Part shown: one piece after another, positions 41,960 to 51,713 of the stretch
Numbering within the stretch: position 1 is the first letter of the stretch
Layout of the letters: each line of letters starts with the position of its first letter
NCBI GenBank assembly: GCA_965644315.1
Contig: CBFFRQ010000057.1
Location: forward strand, 186,001 to 250,000
DNA length: 64,000 nt
Direction of reading: 5' to 3'
From: Caecitellus pseudoparvulus
Lineage: Eukaryota; Protista; Bigyra: Bicosoecida
Made by a program: the position numbers and the translations under genes
The notes under the pieces: model-generated
The model's input: only the letters and a program-made list of their open reading frames with translations
Databases searched by the model: none
Told to the model about the DNA's origin: nothing

Positions 41960-43412
41960 TCAACTCTGCACAGGCTGGTACTTGAACAGCGTTGTTTCAG
42001 GGCACCATGTTGGCTGCGAAGCGCGCGAGGGTTGAATCAGTGCGGGTGCAGAGTGTTGACGAGCAGCGCACGGGACGACTCACCCAGCAGATGCCTTCGG
42101 TGGGGGGGTGCTCAAATGCAGCACATGCTTCACCCTTGATGCAGCATCGGCGGCTGTGCCGATAGCAGAGTTTGCGGAGCACGGTAAGGGTGTGCAGCTT
42201 CGGCAGCTGGGCCAGCTTCGCAAGCAGCGCGGCCATCAGGTCTGCCTCGAACACAGTGTTGTTGATGAAGACATGGGAGGCATCTGAAAAATCCTGCACG
42301 ATGAAGTCGCCTCGAATCGAGTGTAAGCGCTCCCCGGCGCTGCGCAAGTGCAGAACGAGCGCTGCTGCAGCTGCCTCCACCTTGCCCGGCTTGTCCTCCT
42401 CCCCATCCTCGCTGTCGTCTGGGGATGCCAGCACTCGGCGAACGCGAGAAGAGCCAGGAGTCCGCCTGGATGCCATGTCCTGGCTGCCACCGCGCCGCGA
42501 GCCAGGGGTGGAGCTTGGCTCTTGCCCTGCCCCGGCTCGAGCGGGCGTGCGCCCGCCTTCCCTGCGAACAGAAGGCGCCCCAGGGTCATCCTCATCCGAG
42601 CTTTGGCTGCCTGCAGTGGCGTCTGGCTCTTCGGTGTCGCTGCTGGCGCTGGCAGCTGCCTTGCCGCTGTCCCCTGTTGGGGGGGGAGGCGCCGACGCGG
42701 ACTGGATCATGTGGCAGACGGCAGCGCGCTGAGGGGCAGGAAGGGTCTGCAGGTGCTTGACAATGTCGGATTCCGTCACGGACATCAGGCGCTTCTTCGC
42801 GGACTGAGCGCCCGCCTCCCGCCCAGCCGCAAACTCGATGCCCTTGGCTGCGCCCAGCGGCATGGCCAGCAATGCCTGCACTAAGATCTTCCCATCACCA
42901 CTCCCCAAGTCATAGAATACGTCAGCATCTGTCATGTGCCCGTGGAAGCTCAGCACGTGGGCCTCAATGGAGGCAGGGGTGACCTGGGTGTCGAGAAGCA
43001 GGTGGACTTGTGACAGTTGTGTCACCTCGCGGTGGCACAAGGCGCAGGTTGCAAGCGTGGACACTCTCACCTCGCCGTAGGTCAGGTTGTGCGTTTTGTT
43101 GCTGTTAGTCGCCGATGTGCGCTTCAGCTTGTCGTCTTGGGCAACTGCGCAAGGCAGCGGCAGCACTTGGTGTCGGTGGCGCACCTGCGGAAATTGCCAG
43201 GCGCTCACACACATGAAGCTCGTAGCTCCTCTGTCTCCTTCCGGTCAATGTGCCACAATGCCTTGGAGCTGGGGTAAATGAGCGGGAGCACCTGAGCAGG
43301 AAGGGCAAACTACGTCAGCACTGCGGAAAAGTTGGCACTGGTTTGTGACACGCACGACGGTTGAGAAGACTTGGTGGTTGAGGCCTGGCACGGCCGGCCT
43401 GGATGCTGCCAT
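41960..43412 (-). CDS. DOT1-like class I SAM-dependent (H3K79-type) methyltransferase, multi-exon
   Basis: NLTYGE|VT, DVFYDLGSGDGKILVQ, AKGIEF, IRGDF, VFINNTVF; last exon PTWCPETTLFKY after a GTGAGT..TTCGCAG intron. Confidence 0.8.
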
Positions 43413-43715
43413 ACTGGCCACAAGCGCTGGGTTTTCCTGTCGAAATCGGCTTCGAGTGCAACAGGGGGTTGTCTTGTTTTGCTTAATGTGTCCTAAGTCC
43501 TTATTTTGCGCGAAGTTGGTCTTGAACTGGCTCACAAGCAGTCTGCGGGGAGGCGATGCAGAGACCATTGGAGTTTGGACTTTAGCAATGCACATGGCTT
43601 ATGTGTTCAATTCTCATGCGAAGTGGGGGCATGCAAACCTCACAATTAAAGCAACACATAAACACTAGAGGAACCCCTCGTGATACGTGAGTGCTTGCTC
43701 TCAGCCAGCAGCACA
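43413..43715. promoter_or_regulatory. Putative bidirectional promoter (DOT1-like / TopoVIB-like)
   Basis: About 300 bp, visibly AT-richer spacer between divergent genes. Confidence 0.45.
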
Positions 43716-45667
43716 ATGCAGCGCCTCCCTGCTGCGTCACGTTGCGAGTCAACGGCTGGTGACGGCAACGTAGTACAGTTTCATGCAGCAAACTTGGATG
43801 TCTCTGGCTTCAGCAGGGAGAACTGGTGCGTTTTAGAACCGCTGGATCCACTTGATGTGCACTGGAAGGGGGCTTTGCGCATGTTTCCCAGTGCTTGGAT
43901 GGCGTGTCGGGAGTTGCTTGACAACGCAGTGGACGCTGCTGGGCCTGGTAGGCCTGTGCAGGTTCACCTGCACCAAGCTGGACACCTACGCGGACAGGAG
44001 TATGTTGCCATAACCGCTGTCAACCAAGGGGATGTGGTGTCCCCTTCACAACTCGAGCGCTTCTGTGCGCTGCATGTGTCTGGCAAGCTTGGCTCGGAGG
44101 CAGCTGCCGGTGCCGTGGGCAAGTATGGCTTGGGCGCGAAGCTCGCAGCAATTGCCAGCGCTGTTCATTCAGGACAAGACGCAGACGTGCTGTTAGAGAC
44201 CTTTCCGGACGTCAAGGAGTCTCGAACTGAAGCCAGTTTTTTCCACGTAGTCGATCGCCTGCAGCGTGAAGCAGGGGCACTGCACATTGCGGCGGTCAAC
44301 GCTGATGATGTCGCCGCTCTTCTGCTGGCAAGCTTCAGCCCCGCCCTCGCAAAGGGTAGTGAAGGCCCCGACTCATGCCTGTTACCGCTTTTCCCGCCTC
44401 GCCAAGTCAAGCTCGACCCATCGTTGAACGGCCGCGCCGACGCACCCCCACTGCACAGCTGCTGCGCTGTGCGTGTAGTGGTCCCAGGCAGCATGCAAGA
44501 CACTTTAGCTCTGCTGCAAGACTATGTCTCTGCACTGCGTGTACACCCCACGGCCGTCTTTGATCACGTCACAGTGCACGCAGGGTCCACACCGTTGCCC
44601 GCGCTGCCGGCAATGGCGCTTGATTGCGCTCGAACAGGTTTGCACGAGCAGCTGCACGAAGCGGCACACCTTCGCACACCCTCTGCACCGGCCGAACGAT
44701 TCCTCGGCGACAGCTCCCTCATAGACCACACCTCCTCGGCTGCGGCCGGGCTCTTGCACGGGGACGGCGCCCGGTGCTCTGCTTGGGCCGTGCTCTGCCC
44801 AACTGCAACAAGCCCAAGCACTGGCACGGCAAGCGGCAGCCAAAGGAATGCTTCCCAAGTAAAACATGAAGAGTGCATTGATGAGGCCGAGCTGTGGGTG
44901 TTCCGCTTTGCGAATGGCCGCCCGCTGTTGCGTGGGGCAGTGGGCGGAGCGGTGGAGCAGGCGCTGCTCGCCGGAGTCGCATGGGGTGACCTAGGGCTGC
45001 AGGTGCTACAGGGAGGTCCCCCGTGCGAGGACACCCAAGCCCGCAGTGCATGTGAGCTGCATGGTGCAGTGCCTTCTTGGAAGGCACGCCTTCTCCCCAG
45101 TGCAGCATTGCCAAAGGGTGCACTGCGCTTTCACAGGCTCATGCTGTTCGTGGACCTGCAGGCGGGAACACAGGGGCAGCCTCTGGCATACTCAAGCCTA
45201 CTCAAGACCTCCTTTTCCCCAAGGTGCGCTCTTCGTCCGCGCCGCGTGTAGTGCTTTGCCCAGCACCCGACATGCCACCCCTCGCAGTGAGCATTCAGGT
45301 TGCATCGCTGCAGCGCTGCAGCAGGTGCTGCTCAAATTGCAGCAGCAACAGCCACAGCTTCTGGAGAGCGCGGCGTCCGCGTCCATGCGCATGCGCCAAA
45401 GAGTGTATGTCCAAGAGGTCATGGAGTGCATTGGCTGCCTGCTCCAGCACGCGCCAGCAGAAGCAGTGCGCGGGCTGGCAGCCGAGTTCCATGTGCCTGC
45501 CGGGGGGAACCTGATCAGGACAATGCGTGAGGCACTGGAAGGTACATGGGCGCTATCTGTACATAAGTCGCTGCGTTTTCACTCCTCCTGCGTCGTCCAC
45601 AGATGCTGTTCTCGGCCACCGGTTCGCCCGCTGGGCTCCCCCACCTGATTTCTCACAAGTCTGCTAG
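43716..45667 (+). CDS. Topoisomerase VI subunit B-like (GHKL plus transducer) protein, divergent; probable introns at 43826-43891, ~45223-45287 and ~45542-45602 (3' end at 45648 or 45667)
   Basis: RELLDNAVDAA (N-box), GKYGLGAK (G2), LWVFRFANGRPLL, WGDLGL, LAYSSLLKTSF and IAAALQQVLLKL parallel the Top6B motifs. Confidence 0.72.
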
Positions 45668-46993
45668 CCACGCGCTCAGCACTGTCTTTGCAGACGACCA
45701 CGAGCCGACGATGCACCCATCAGTGTTCGATGAAGTTGCCGGGACGTCCAGCCTTTGCAAGGCCTTCGCAGTGGCCGCACTGGCTTCACCTTGGGCCGCG
45801 TACAGCGCCTGCAGGCCGTCCACCGCCACCTTGAACAGCCCGACATTGTCATCTGCAGCAACCCTGTCCTTGGGTATCGCCACCGCTGCATCAGCTGCAC
45901 TGCTGGTGGCAGATTGTGCAGACCAAGTGCCCAGCTCTGCGCTGGAAGCACCAGGTGATGAGCCCGCCTGCAGTGCATCAATCGCCTCGGCTGGCACTGC
46001 CTCCTCTGCAGTGGCCGTGCCGCGAGACAGGCGGGCAAAGGCAACACAAGCTATCGCGAGGCCCCACAGAGCCCGAGCATACGTGCTGTTCGATGCACGG
46101 ACAGCATGGGCCATGTGCTTACGGGCTTGCAGAGCAGCGCCCAAGCTCGCATCGCTGGACTCTCGAGCGGGGGAGGCAGGGGACTGCAGTTGCTTCAGGA
46201 TGCACTCGCCAACCTTAACCTGCGGGTATGGCTGCCCAGGCTGCAACAGGACAACCTCCTCGAAGCAGTAAGCGGCGAAAGAGAACTTCCCAGCAGCTTC
46301 GTGCAGCTCCGCCAACTCAATCCACGCAGCCCAATCCTGGGAGAACACCCGCAGGTACTTATTGAGCCTGTCCAGCACCGCAGCATCATCCCCGAGCGCC
46401 TTGCTGACGCAAATTAGCCGCTTGTGCAGCAGGGCATTGGCGCTGTTCACCTTCAAGGCCTCACGGTACAGCTCTGCTGCAGCATCGAATTCTTGGTTGG
46501 CTTCCAGGATCATGCCGAACAAGCGCAGGGCACGCTGGGACTCCTTAATCTTGAAGTGTGGCTTGATCTCCTCTTCAAACACCGCGTGGGCCCCAGCAAC
46601 GTCTCCCAGCTGCAGTGCTGCTTCCACATGCTGCTCCGCAATGGCCAGCTCTTCGCACAGGCAGGGCACGTGCGGTGAGTGGCCCCCTCTGCGGGGGTAC
46701 TACGGCTGGGACACTCACTGTCTTCCAGTGCAAGCGATCCACGGAGGCCCCCAGCGATGAAGTGTTGCGTGAGCTGGACGCAGTTCCCAGGGTCCACGAT
46801 CTGAGCCCGACGGAACCGCGGAATTTGCACCAGCTGGCAAGCTGGCAAGACACTGCACTGCATGACGCACCTTGCTCCTGCGCATGTGCTTCAGCACCTC
46901 GCTGACATTGGACGACGAGGGGTTTGCCTTTGCAGCCTCCAGCAGCTGCGCATACTTCTCCATGCGCAGGGGCTTGGCGGGTGTAGCCGCCAT
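45653..46993 (-). CDS. EMC2: ER membrane protein complex subunit 2 (TPR protein), 2 introns near the 5' end
   Basis: SQRALRLFGMILEA..AAELY..LLHKRLI..LNKYLRVFSQDWAAWIELAELH..AAYCFEEVVLLQP..ARKHM..RALWGL. Confidence 0.88.
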
Positions 46994-47158
46994 GCTGGGG
47001 TGAGTTGTGTGGTCTTGAGATGCTGCAGCGGCAGGTGGAAGGCACGGGAGCTGTGCAGGTGATGAGGCGCGTTTCGGAGGGCCTTGGGTGCAGCATTTGA
47101 TCCACGTCGTGCATTGCAAGGGGGCGCCGACTGCCCTCGCGTGAGCCTCATGCATAGC

Positions 47159-50100
47159 CTACTGCAGCACAGCTGCGCCCTGCATAGACATCGCAGCCCA
47201 AGCACCCTGTGCCACCGCCTTGTTGGCAGCAGTGTGCTCAGCTGCCTCCGTGAAGAAGTGCACACCGTGCTTCAGTGACAACTCAGCACCGTTCACTTCA
47301 AGGTTCAGGGCACCGCTGCCGTCCATAACAGTGTGCAGGTACTCCACTGTGAACTGCGCCAGGGTGGTCTTCACAGCGCCGAGCAGCTGGGCAACCACCT
47401 CCTCGTCGGAAGCGTCCGCCTTGACGAAGTGGCCGGCGGAGCCTGGCAGGATGGCAGCCGAGGCTGCCCGGGCTGCAGGCACCTGCCCAACCACGGCAGC
47501 CTTCAATGTCTCATCATCGCACACGCGCACAGCGGGGGCCAGGTAGCTCACCCGCAGCAGCGCCCCGCCCACGATGTCGTCTGCAGAGCACAGCACCTTA
47601 GCGTGCGAAGGCACAGAAAAAGCCACGTCGGCCAAGAGGTTGGACCGAGTGGTGTCGGAGATGGTGGACCAGTGCTGAGCCACAGCAGCGCCAAGGAAGG
47701 CAGCTGCCTCGGCTGGGGGAAGGTCGGCAGAGGCAGCGGCGGGCGTGGACACAGCGTCATCGCCGCCCTTGCTCTTCTTCTTGTCACCGCCCTTCTTCTT
47801 CTTGTCTCCACCCTTAGCCTTCTGCTTCTTGTCGCCACCCTTGGCCTTCTGCTTCTTGTCGCCACCCTTCTTGGCGTCTGTCGCAGCGCCGTCAGCACTT
47901 GCACCAGCGCCAGTGTCAACAGTCGCAGGGTACATGGCAGGGTCAGGCAAGGCTGTGCCTGGGGCTACGCTGCCAGTTTTGTGGGCGGCCTCCTTCAGGG
48001 CAGCCAGGGCCACCTGTGTGGAGGGCGTGTCCCGAGGGAAAACGCCGATGGCAATGTCGGCGGCGTCAGACAATTGCAGGCCAGCTGCCTTGCGCAGTTT
48101 TTGGATGCGAGCAGACACTTCGCGGGCCAAGCCAGCAGCCCGCAGCTCATCATCCTGGGAGACGTCAATCACCACCAGCATGCTGCCGTCAGATGTGGTG
48201 AGGCCCTCGAACTGTGCGGCGTCTGCGTTCAGCTTCAGCGCGATCTTGAACTCGTCCTGGGTCAGAGTCTCCCCCGCCACGCTCAGCTTGCCCGCTACCA
48301 TGCCTGCTTCCACCTCTGCTGTGGTGAGCTTGGCCAGTGCGGCTGAGATGGCTTTCAGAGACTTGGGCACGCGCTTGGCGAGCACCTTGAACTCTGGCTC
48401 TGCAGTGAGTGTGCACCAGGCACCCATGTCCTTGGAGGTGCTGACGGTGAGGGTGTTCAGCTCTTCCTTGATGTAGGCCTCCATGGCGGCGGCGCCCTCC
48501 AGCGCAGCAGGGTCAGCACACACCACAGTCACGTTGCGAATGGGGTACTTCACGGAGAGGGCCCGGCGGTCTCGAGCTTGGCGCCCAGCGATCACCACCT
48601 CCTGCATGATGGCGACGCGCGCCTCCATCTCAGGGTCCAGCAGAGCTGGGTTGAACTCCGGCACCTGCAAGAAGTGCACACTGGCGGCAGCGCCAACACT
48701 CTCGGCCTCAGGGCCGGCAGAGGCACCGTACGCGGCCCACACACCGTCAGATGCTGCCGACCCGGCGCCCACGTCGGCGGTTGCGGCCTTGGCAGCAATG
48801 GCTGCAGGGTGCACCTGGCGCAGCTGCTGGTACAGGTGCTCGGACAAGAACGGCGTGAAGGGGGACATGAGCCGCACGGTGACCATGAGGACTTCGTACA
48901 GCACGGCGAGGGCAGCAGAGCGGTCGGCCTGCGTGCTGGACACGGCAGTGCCCTTCAGGCGCAGGCGGTTCAGGCGCACATACCAGTTAGTGAGCTGGTC
49001 GATGAAGGTCACGAGGCGGGGCATGACGGTGTACAGGCGGTACCCCTCCATCTCCGTGCGCACAAACTTAATCAGCCCCTGGGCAGCAGCCATGATCCAG
49101 TGGTCCATGTCGTTGGGGGAGCCCTCTGCCTCGGCTGGAGAGGGCGCCCAGGTGGAGCCGGTCTCCTCCTCGTACAGCTGGGCGCAGGTGACCCAGAAGC
49201 GAGCTGCGTTCACCCACGGGTTGAACAGGGACTTGACCACCTGCAGCACGCCCTCCTCCTTAAAGGGCAGCGGCTCGGCGTGGACGGCGGGGGAGTTGAT
49301 GAGGAACAGGCGCACGGCATCGGCGCCGTACTTGTTGATGATCAGGGAGGGGTCTGGGTAGTTCTTGAGGCGCTTGCTCATCTTCTTGCCGTCCGATGCC
49401 AACACCAGCCCGTTCACGATGCAGTTCTTGAATGCAGGCTTGTCGAAGAGTGCCGTGGACAGCACCATGAGGGTGTAGAACCAGCCCCGGGTCTGGTCCA
49501 GGCCCTCCGCAATGAAATCGGCCGGGAAGCCGCGGTCAAAGCGGTCGGCATGCTCGAAGGGGTAGTGCAGCTGGGCGTACGGCATGGAGCCTGATTCGAA
49601 CCAGCAGTCGAACACTTCGTCGATGCGGCGCAGGACGCCCTTGCCGTCGGCAGACGGGATGGTAATGTGGTCGATGCTCTCCCGATGCAGGTCTGTGACG
49701 GTGACGCCGGACTTCTCAGCCAGCTCCTGGATGCTGCCGATGCACACGACCTCGCTGCCGTCCTCGTTGGTCCAGATGGGGATGGGTGTGCCCCAGAAGC
49801 GGTTGCGCGAGACGGCCCAGTCCCGGGCGCCCTCCAACCACTTGTGGAAACGCCCCTGCCCCACAAAGCCAGGCACCCAGTGCGCCTGCTTGTTGTTCTC
49901 AATGATGCGGTCCTTGATGCTGGTGACGTTCACGAACCAGGAGGGAATGACGCGGTAGATGAGGGGCGTGTCTGAGCGCCAACAGAAAGGGTAGCGATGC
50001 TTGATGGTGCCCTTTTGCACAAGGCGGCCTGCAGCACTGAGGTCGGCCATAATGGTGGCATCTGCCTCCTTGACGTGCACACCCTTGTACGTGGGCACAG

Positions 50101-51319
50101 CATCAGTGTAGCGCCCGTCAGCGTCGACGGGACACGGCACGGAGCCGCCCTTTACGATGACGCCGGCTGCGGAGCAGACGCGGAAATCGTCCTCACCAAA
50201 GCCAGGGGCCTGGTGCACGACGCCAGTGCCGGCGTCGTCCGTCACGTATGTGTCCACGAGCACGCGGAATGCCCTGGCCCCGAACTCCTGCTCAAAGAAG
50301 GGGAATAGGGGTGTGTACTGCTTGCCGCCCAGCTCAGCACCCGGCATGCTCTTGACCTCCTCGAACTCGCCGCCCTTGTAGCCCTTCTTCTTCATCTTGG
50401 GGAAGAGCTGGGACAGGCGGCTGCGTGCGAGGATGAACTGAGCGCCATCCGACGTGCGCTTGATCTGCACATACTCCAGCTCGGGGTGCACGCAGAGGGC
50501 CAGGTTGGAAGGCAGGGTCCATGGGGTCGTGGTCCACGCGACGAAGGAGACTGCCGGGTCGTCCACGAGGGGGAAGGACACCACAACAGCGGGGTCAGTC
50601 GTGTCATCGTGGTAGTTCTGCCCAGCCTCGAAGTTGGAGAGGGGCGTGGAGCAGGCGGTGGAGTAAGGCATGACCTTGAAGCCCTGGTACACCAGGCCCT
50701 TGTCAAAGATGGACTTGAAGACCCACCAGACGGACTCCATGTACCATGGCTCCAGGGTCTTGTAGTCGTCCTCGAAGTCGATCCACCGCCCCATGCGGGT
50801 GACAACCTCCTGCCACTCGGAGCTGTACCGCATGACGATGCTGCGGCACTCGGCATTGTACTTGTCGATGCCCATGGCCAGCACGTCATCACGCCCCTTG
50901 ATGCCCAGCTTCTTGTCAATCTCGTACTCCACCGGGAGGCCGTGCGTGTCCCAGCCAAAGCGGCGGGAAACGTAGTGCCCAGTCTGCGTTGCATACCGTG
51001 TCACCGTGTCCTTGATGGTGCCGGCCAGCAAGTGCCCGTAGTGGGGCAGACCTGTCGCAAAGGGCGGCCCATCGTAGAATGTGTACTCGGGCTTTTCCTC
51101 AGACAGCTTCAATTGTGTCTGCGACGTGTGGCAGCGGCAGGAGGGGCGTGTGAGCGGGATTCCGGCGGACCACCACTGACAAGCTGTTCCCCTTGCAGCA
51201 GGCGCACAGCGTCTCTGCGCGCTCACCTTGAACGCATCGAGTGCCTTCCACAGCTTCAAGACATCCTCCTCAGCGGAGGGGAAGTTGACGTTCGCGCTGA
51301 CCTCGCCAATGGCAGCCAT
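47159..51319 (-). CDS. IARS1: Cytosolic isoleucyl-tRNA synthetase; 1 in-frame intron (51119-51226)
   Basis: FYDGPPFATGLPHYGH (HIGH), GWDTHGLPVE, WTTTPWTLPSN, GTGVVHQAP, DWAVSRNRFWGTP, AEGLDQTRGWFY, KMSKR. Confidence 0.98.
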   Translation of the reverse strand: MAAIGEVSANVNFPSAEEDVLKLWKALDAFKVSAQRRCAPAARGTACQWWSAGIPLTRPSCRCHTSQTQLKLSEEKPEYTFYDGPPFATGLPHYGHLLAGTIKDTVTRYATQTGHYVSRRFGWDTHGLPVEYEIDKKLGIKGRDDVLAMGIDKYNAECRSIVMRYSSEWQEVVTRMGRWIDFEDDYKTLEPWYMESVWWVFKSIFDKGLVYQGFKVMPYSTACSTPLSNFEAGQNYHDDTTDPAVVVSFPLVDDPAVSFVAWTTTPWTLPSNLALCVHPELEYVQIKRTSDGAQFILARSRLSQLFPKMKKKGYKGGEFEEVKSMPGAELGGKQYTPLFPFFEQEFGARAFRVLVDTYVTDDAGTGVVHQAPGFGEDDFRVCSAAGVIVKGGSVPCPVDADGRYTDAVPTYKGVHVKEADATIMADLSAAGRLVQKGTIKHRYPFCWRSDTPLIYRVIPSWFVNVTSIKDRIIENNKQAHWVPGFVGQGRFHKWLEGARDWAVSRNRFWGTPIPIWTNEDGSEVVCIGSIQELAEKSGVTVTDLHRESIDHITIPSADGKGVLRRIDEVFDCWFESGSMPYAQLHYPFEHADRFDRGFPADFIAEGLDQTRGWFYTLMVLSTALFDKPAFKNCIVNGLVLASDGKKMSKRLKNYPDPSLIINKYGADAVRLFLINSPAVHAEPLPFKEEGVLQVVKSLFNPWVNAARFWVTCAQLYEEETGSTWAPSPAEAEGSPNDMDHWIMAAAQGLIKFVRTEMEGYRLYTVMPRLVTFIDQLTNWYVRLNRLRLKGTAVSSTQADRSAALAVLYEVLMVTVRLMSPFTPFLSEHLYQQLRQVHPAAIAAKAATADVGAGSAASDGVWAAYGASAGPEAESVGAAASVHFLQVPEFNPALLDPEMEARVAIMQEVVIAGRQARDRRALSVKYPIRNVTVVCADPAALEGAAAMEAYIKEELNTLTVSTSKDMGAWCTLTAEPEFKVLAKRVPKSLKAISAALAKLTTAEVEAGMVAGKLSVAGETLTQDEFKIALKLNADAAQFEGLTTSDGSMLVVIDVSQDDELRAAGLAREVSARIQKLRKAAGLQLSDAADIAIGVFPRDTPSTQVALAALKEAAHKTGSVAPGTALPDPAMYPATVDTGAGASADGAATDAKKGGDKKQKAKGGDKKQKAKGGDKKKKGGDKKKSKGGDDAVSTPAAASADLPPAEAAAFLGAAVAQHWSTISDTTRSNLLADVAFSVPSHAKVLCSADDIVGGALLRVSYLAPAVRVCDDETLKAAVVGQVPAARAASAAILPGSAGHFVKADASDEEVVAQLLGAVKTTLAQFTVEYLHTVMDGSGALNLEVNGAELSLKHGVHFFTEAAEHTAANKAVAQGAWAAMSMQGAAVLQ
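47762..47873 (-). repeat. Lys/Gly-rich coding tandem repeat (KGGDKK-type units) inside IleRS
   Basis: Near-identical 27-nt unit gccttctgcttcttgtcgccaccctt(g/c) twice plus degenerate copies; protein KKGGDKKQKAKGGDKKQKAKGGDKKKKGGDKKKSKGGDD. Confidence 0.85.
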
Positions 51320-51713
51320 GGTGAGGAGGTTCCTGCCAGGTGGGGAGAGAAGCGATTTCCGCACCAGCTGCAGGGACAGAGACAGTCCAGCTGGCTTCAG
51401 CTGCTCGAGACTGCATCAAGAAGTGCAGGTACAGAGCACAGCACGTGTGCGTGGTTCGGTAGAAAGTATGTTGGGGGGAGGTATGCACCGCGCATCGCCA
51501 GCCGAGGTGTGCAGCACAGATTTCCTCAGAGGCTTGCAGCGCGGAGCAAGCCCTCGTCCAGAGCCTGGAGCAAACCACCTCTCTCAAATACAACACTTGA
51601 TGCACGGTATTCCGTTCCCAAGTGCTCATGCAGCAGAATCGCGGTAGCGTGGCTTCTTTCGCCTCACGCAGTACCGTGACTTGGCTGTCACTTGAGCAAC
51701 TCGCACTTGCACG
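51320..51713. promoter_or_regulatory. Putative bidirectional promoter (IleRS / carboxylesterase)
   Basis: About 390 bp between divergent start codons. Confidence 0.4.

Noticed and set aside
51119-51226. Apparent N-terminal insertion in IleRS (VSAQRRCAPAARG..), and similar apparent insertions at 31272-31352, 6209-6271 and 43826-43891
   Set aside because: Each is a stop-free GT..AG intron with a length divisible by three; removing it restores or tightens the family alignment.
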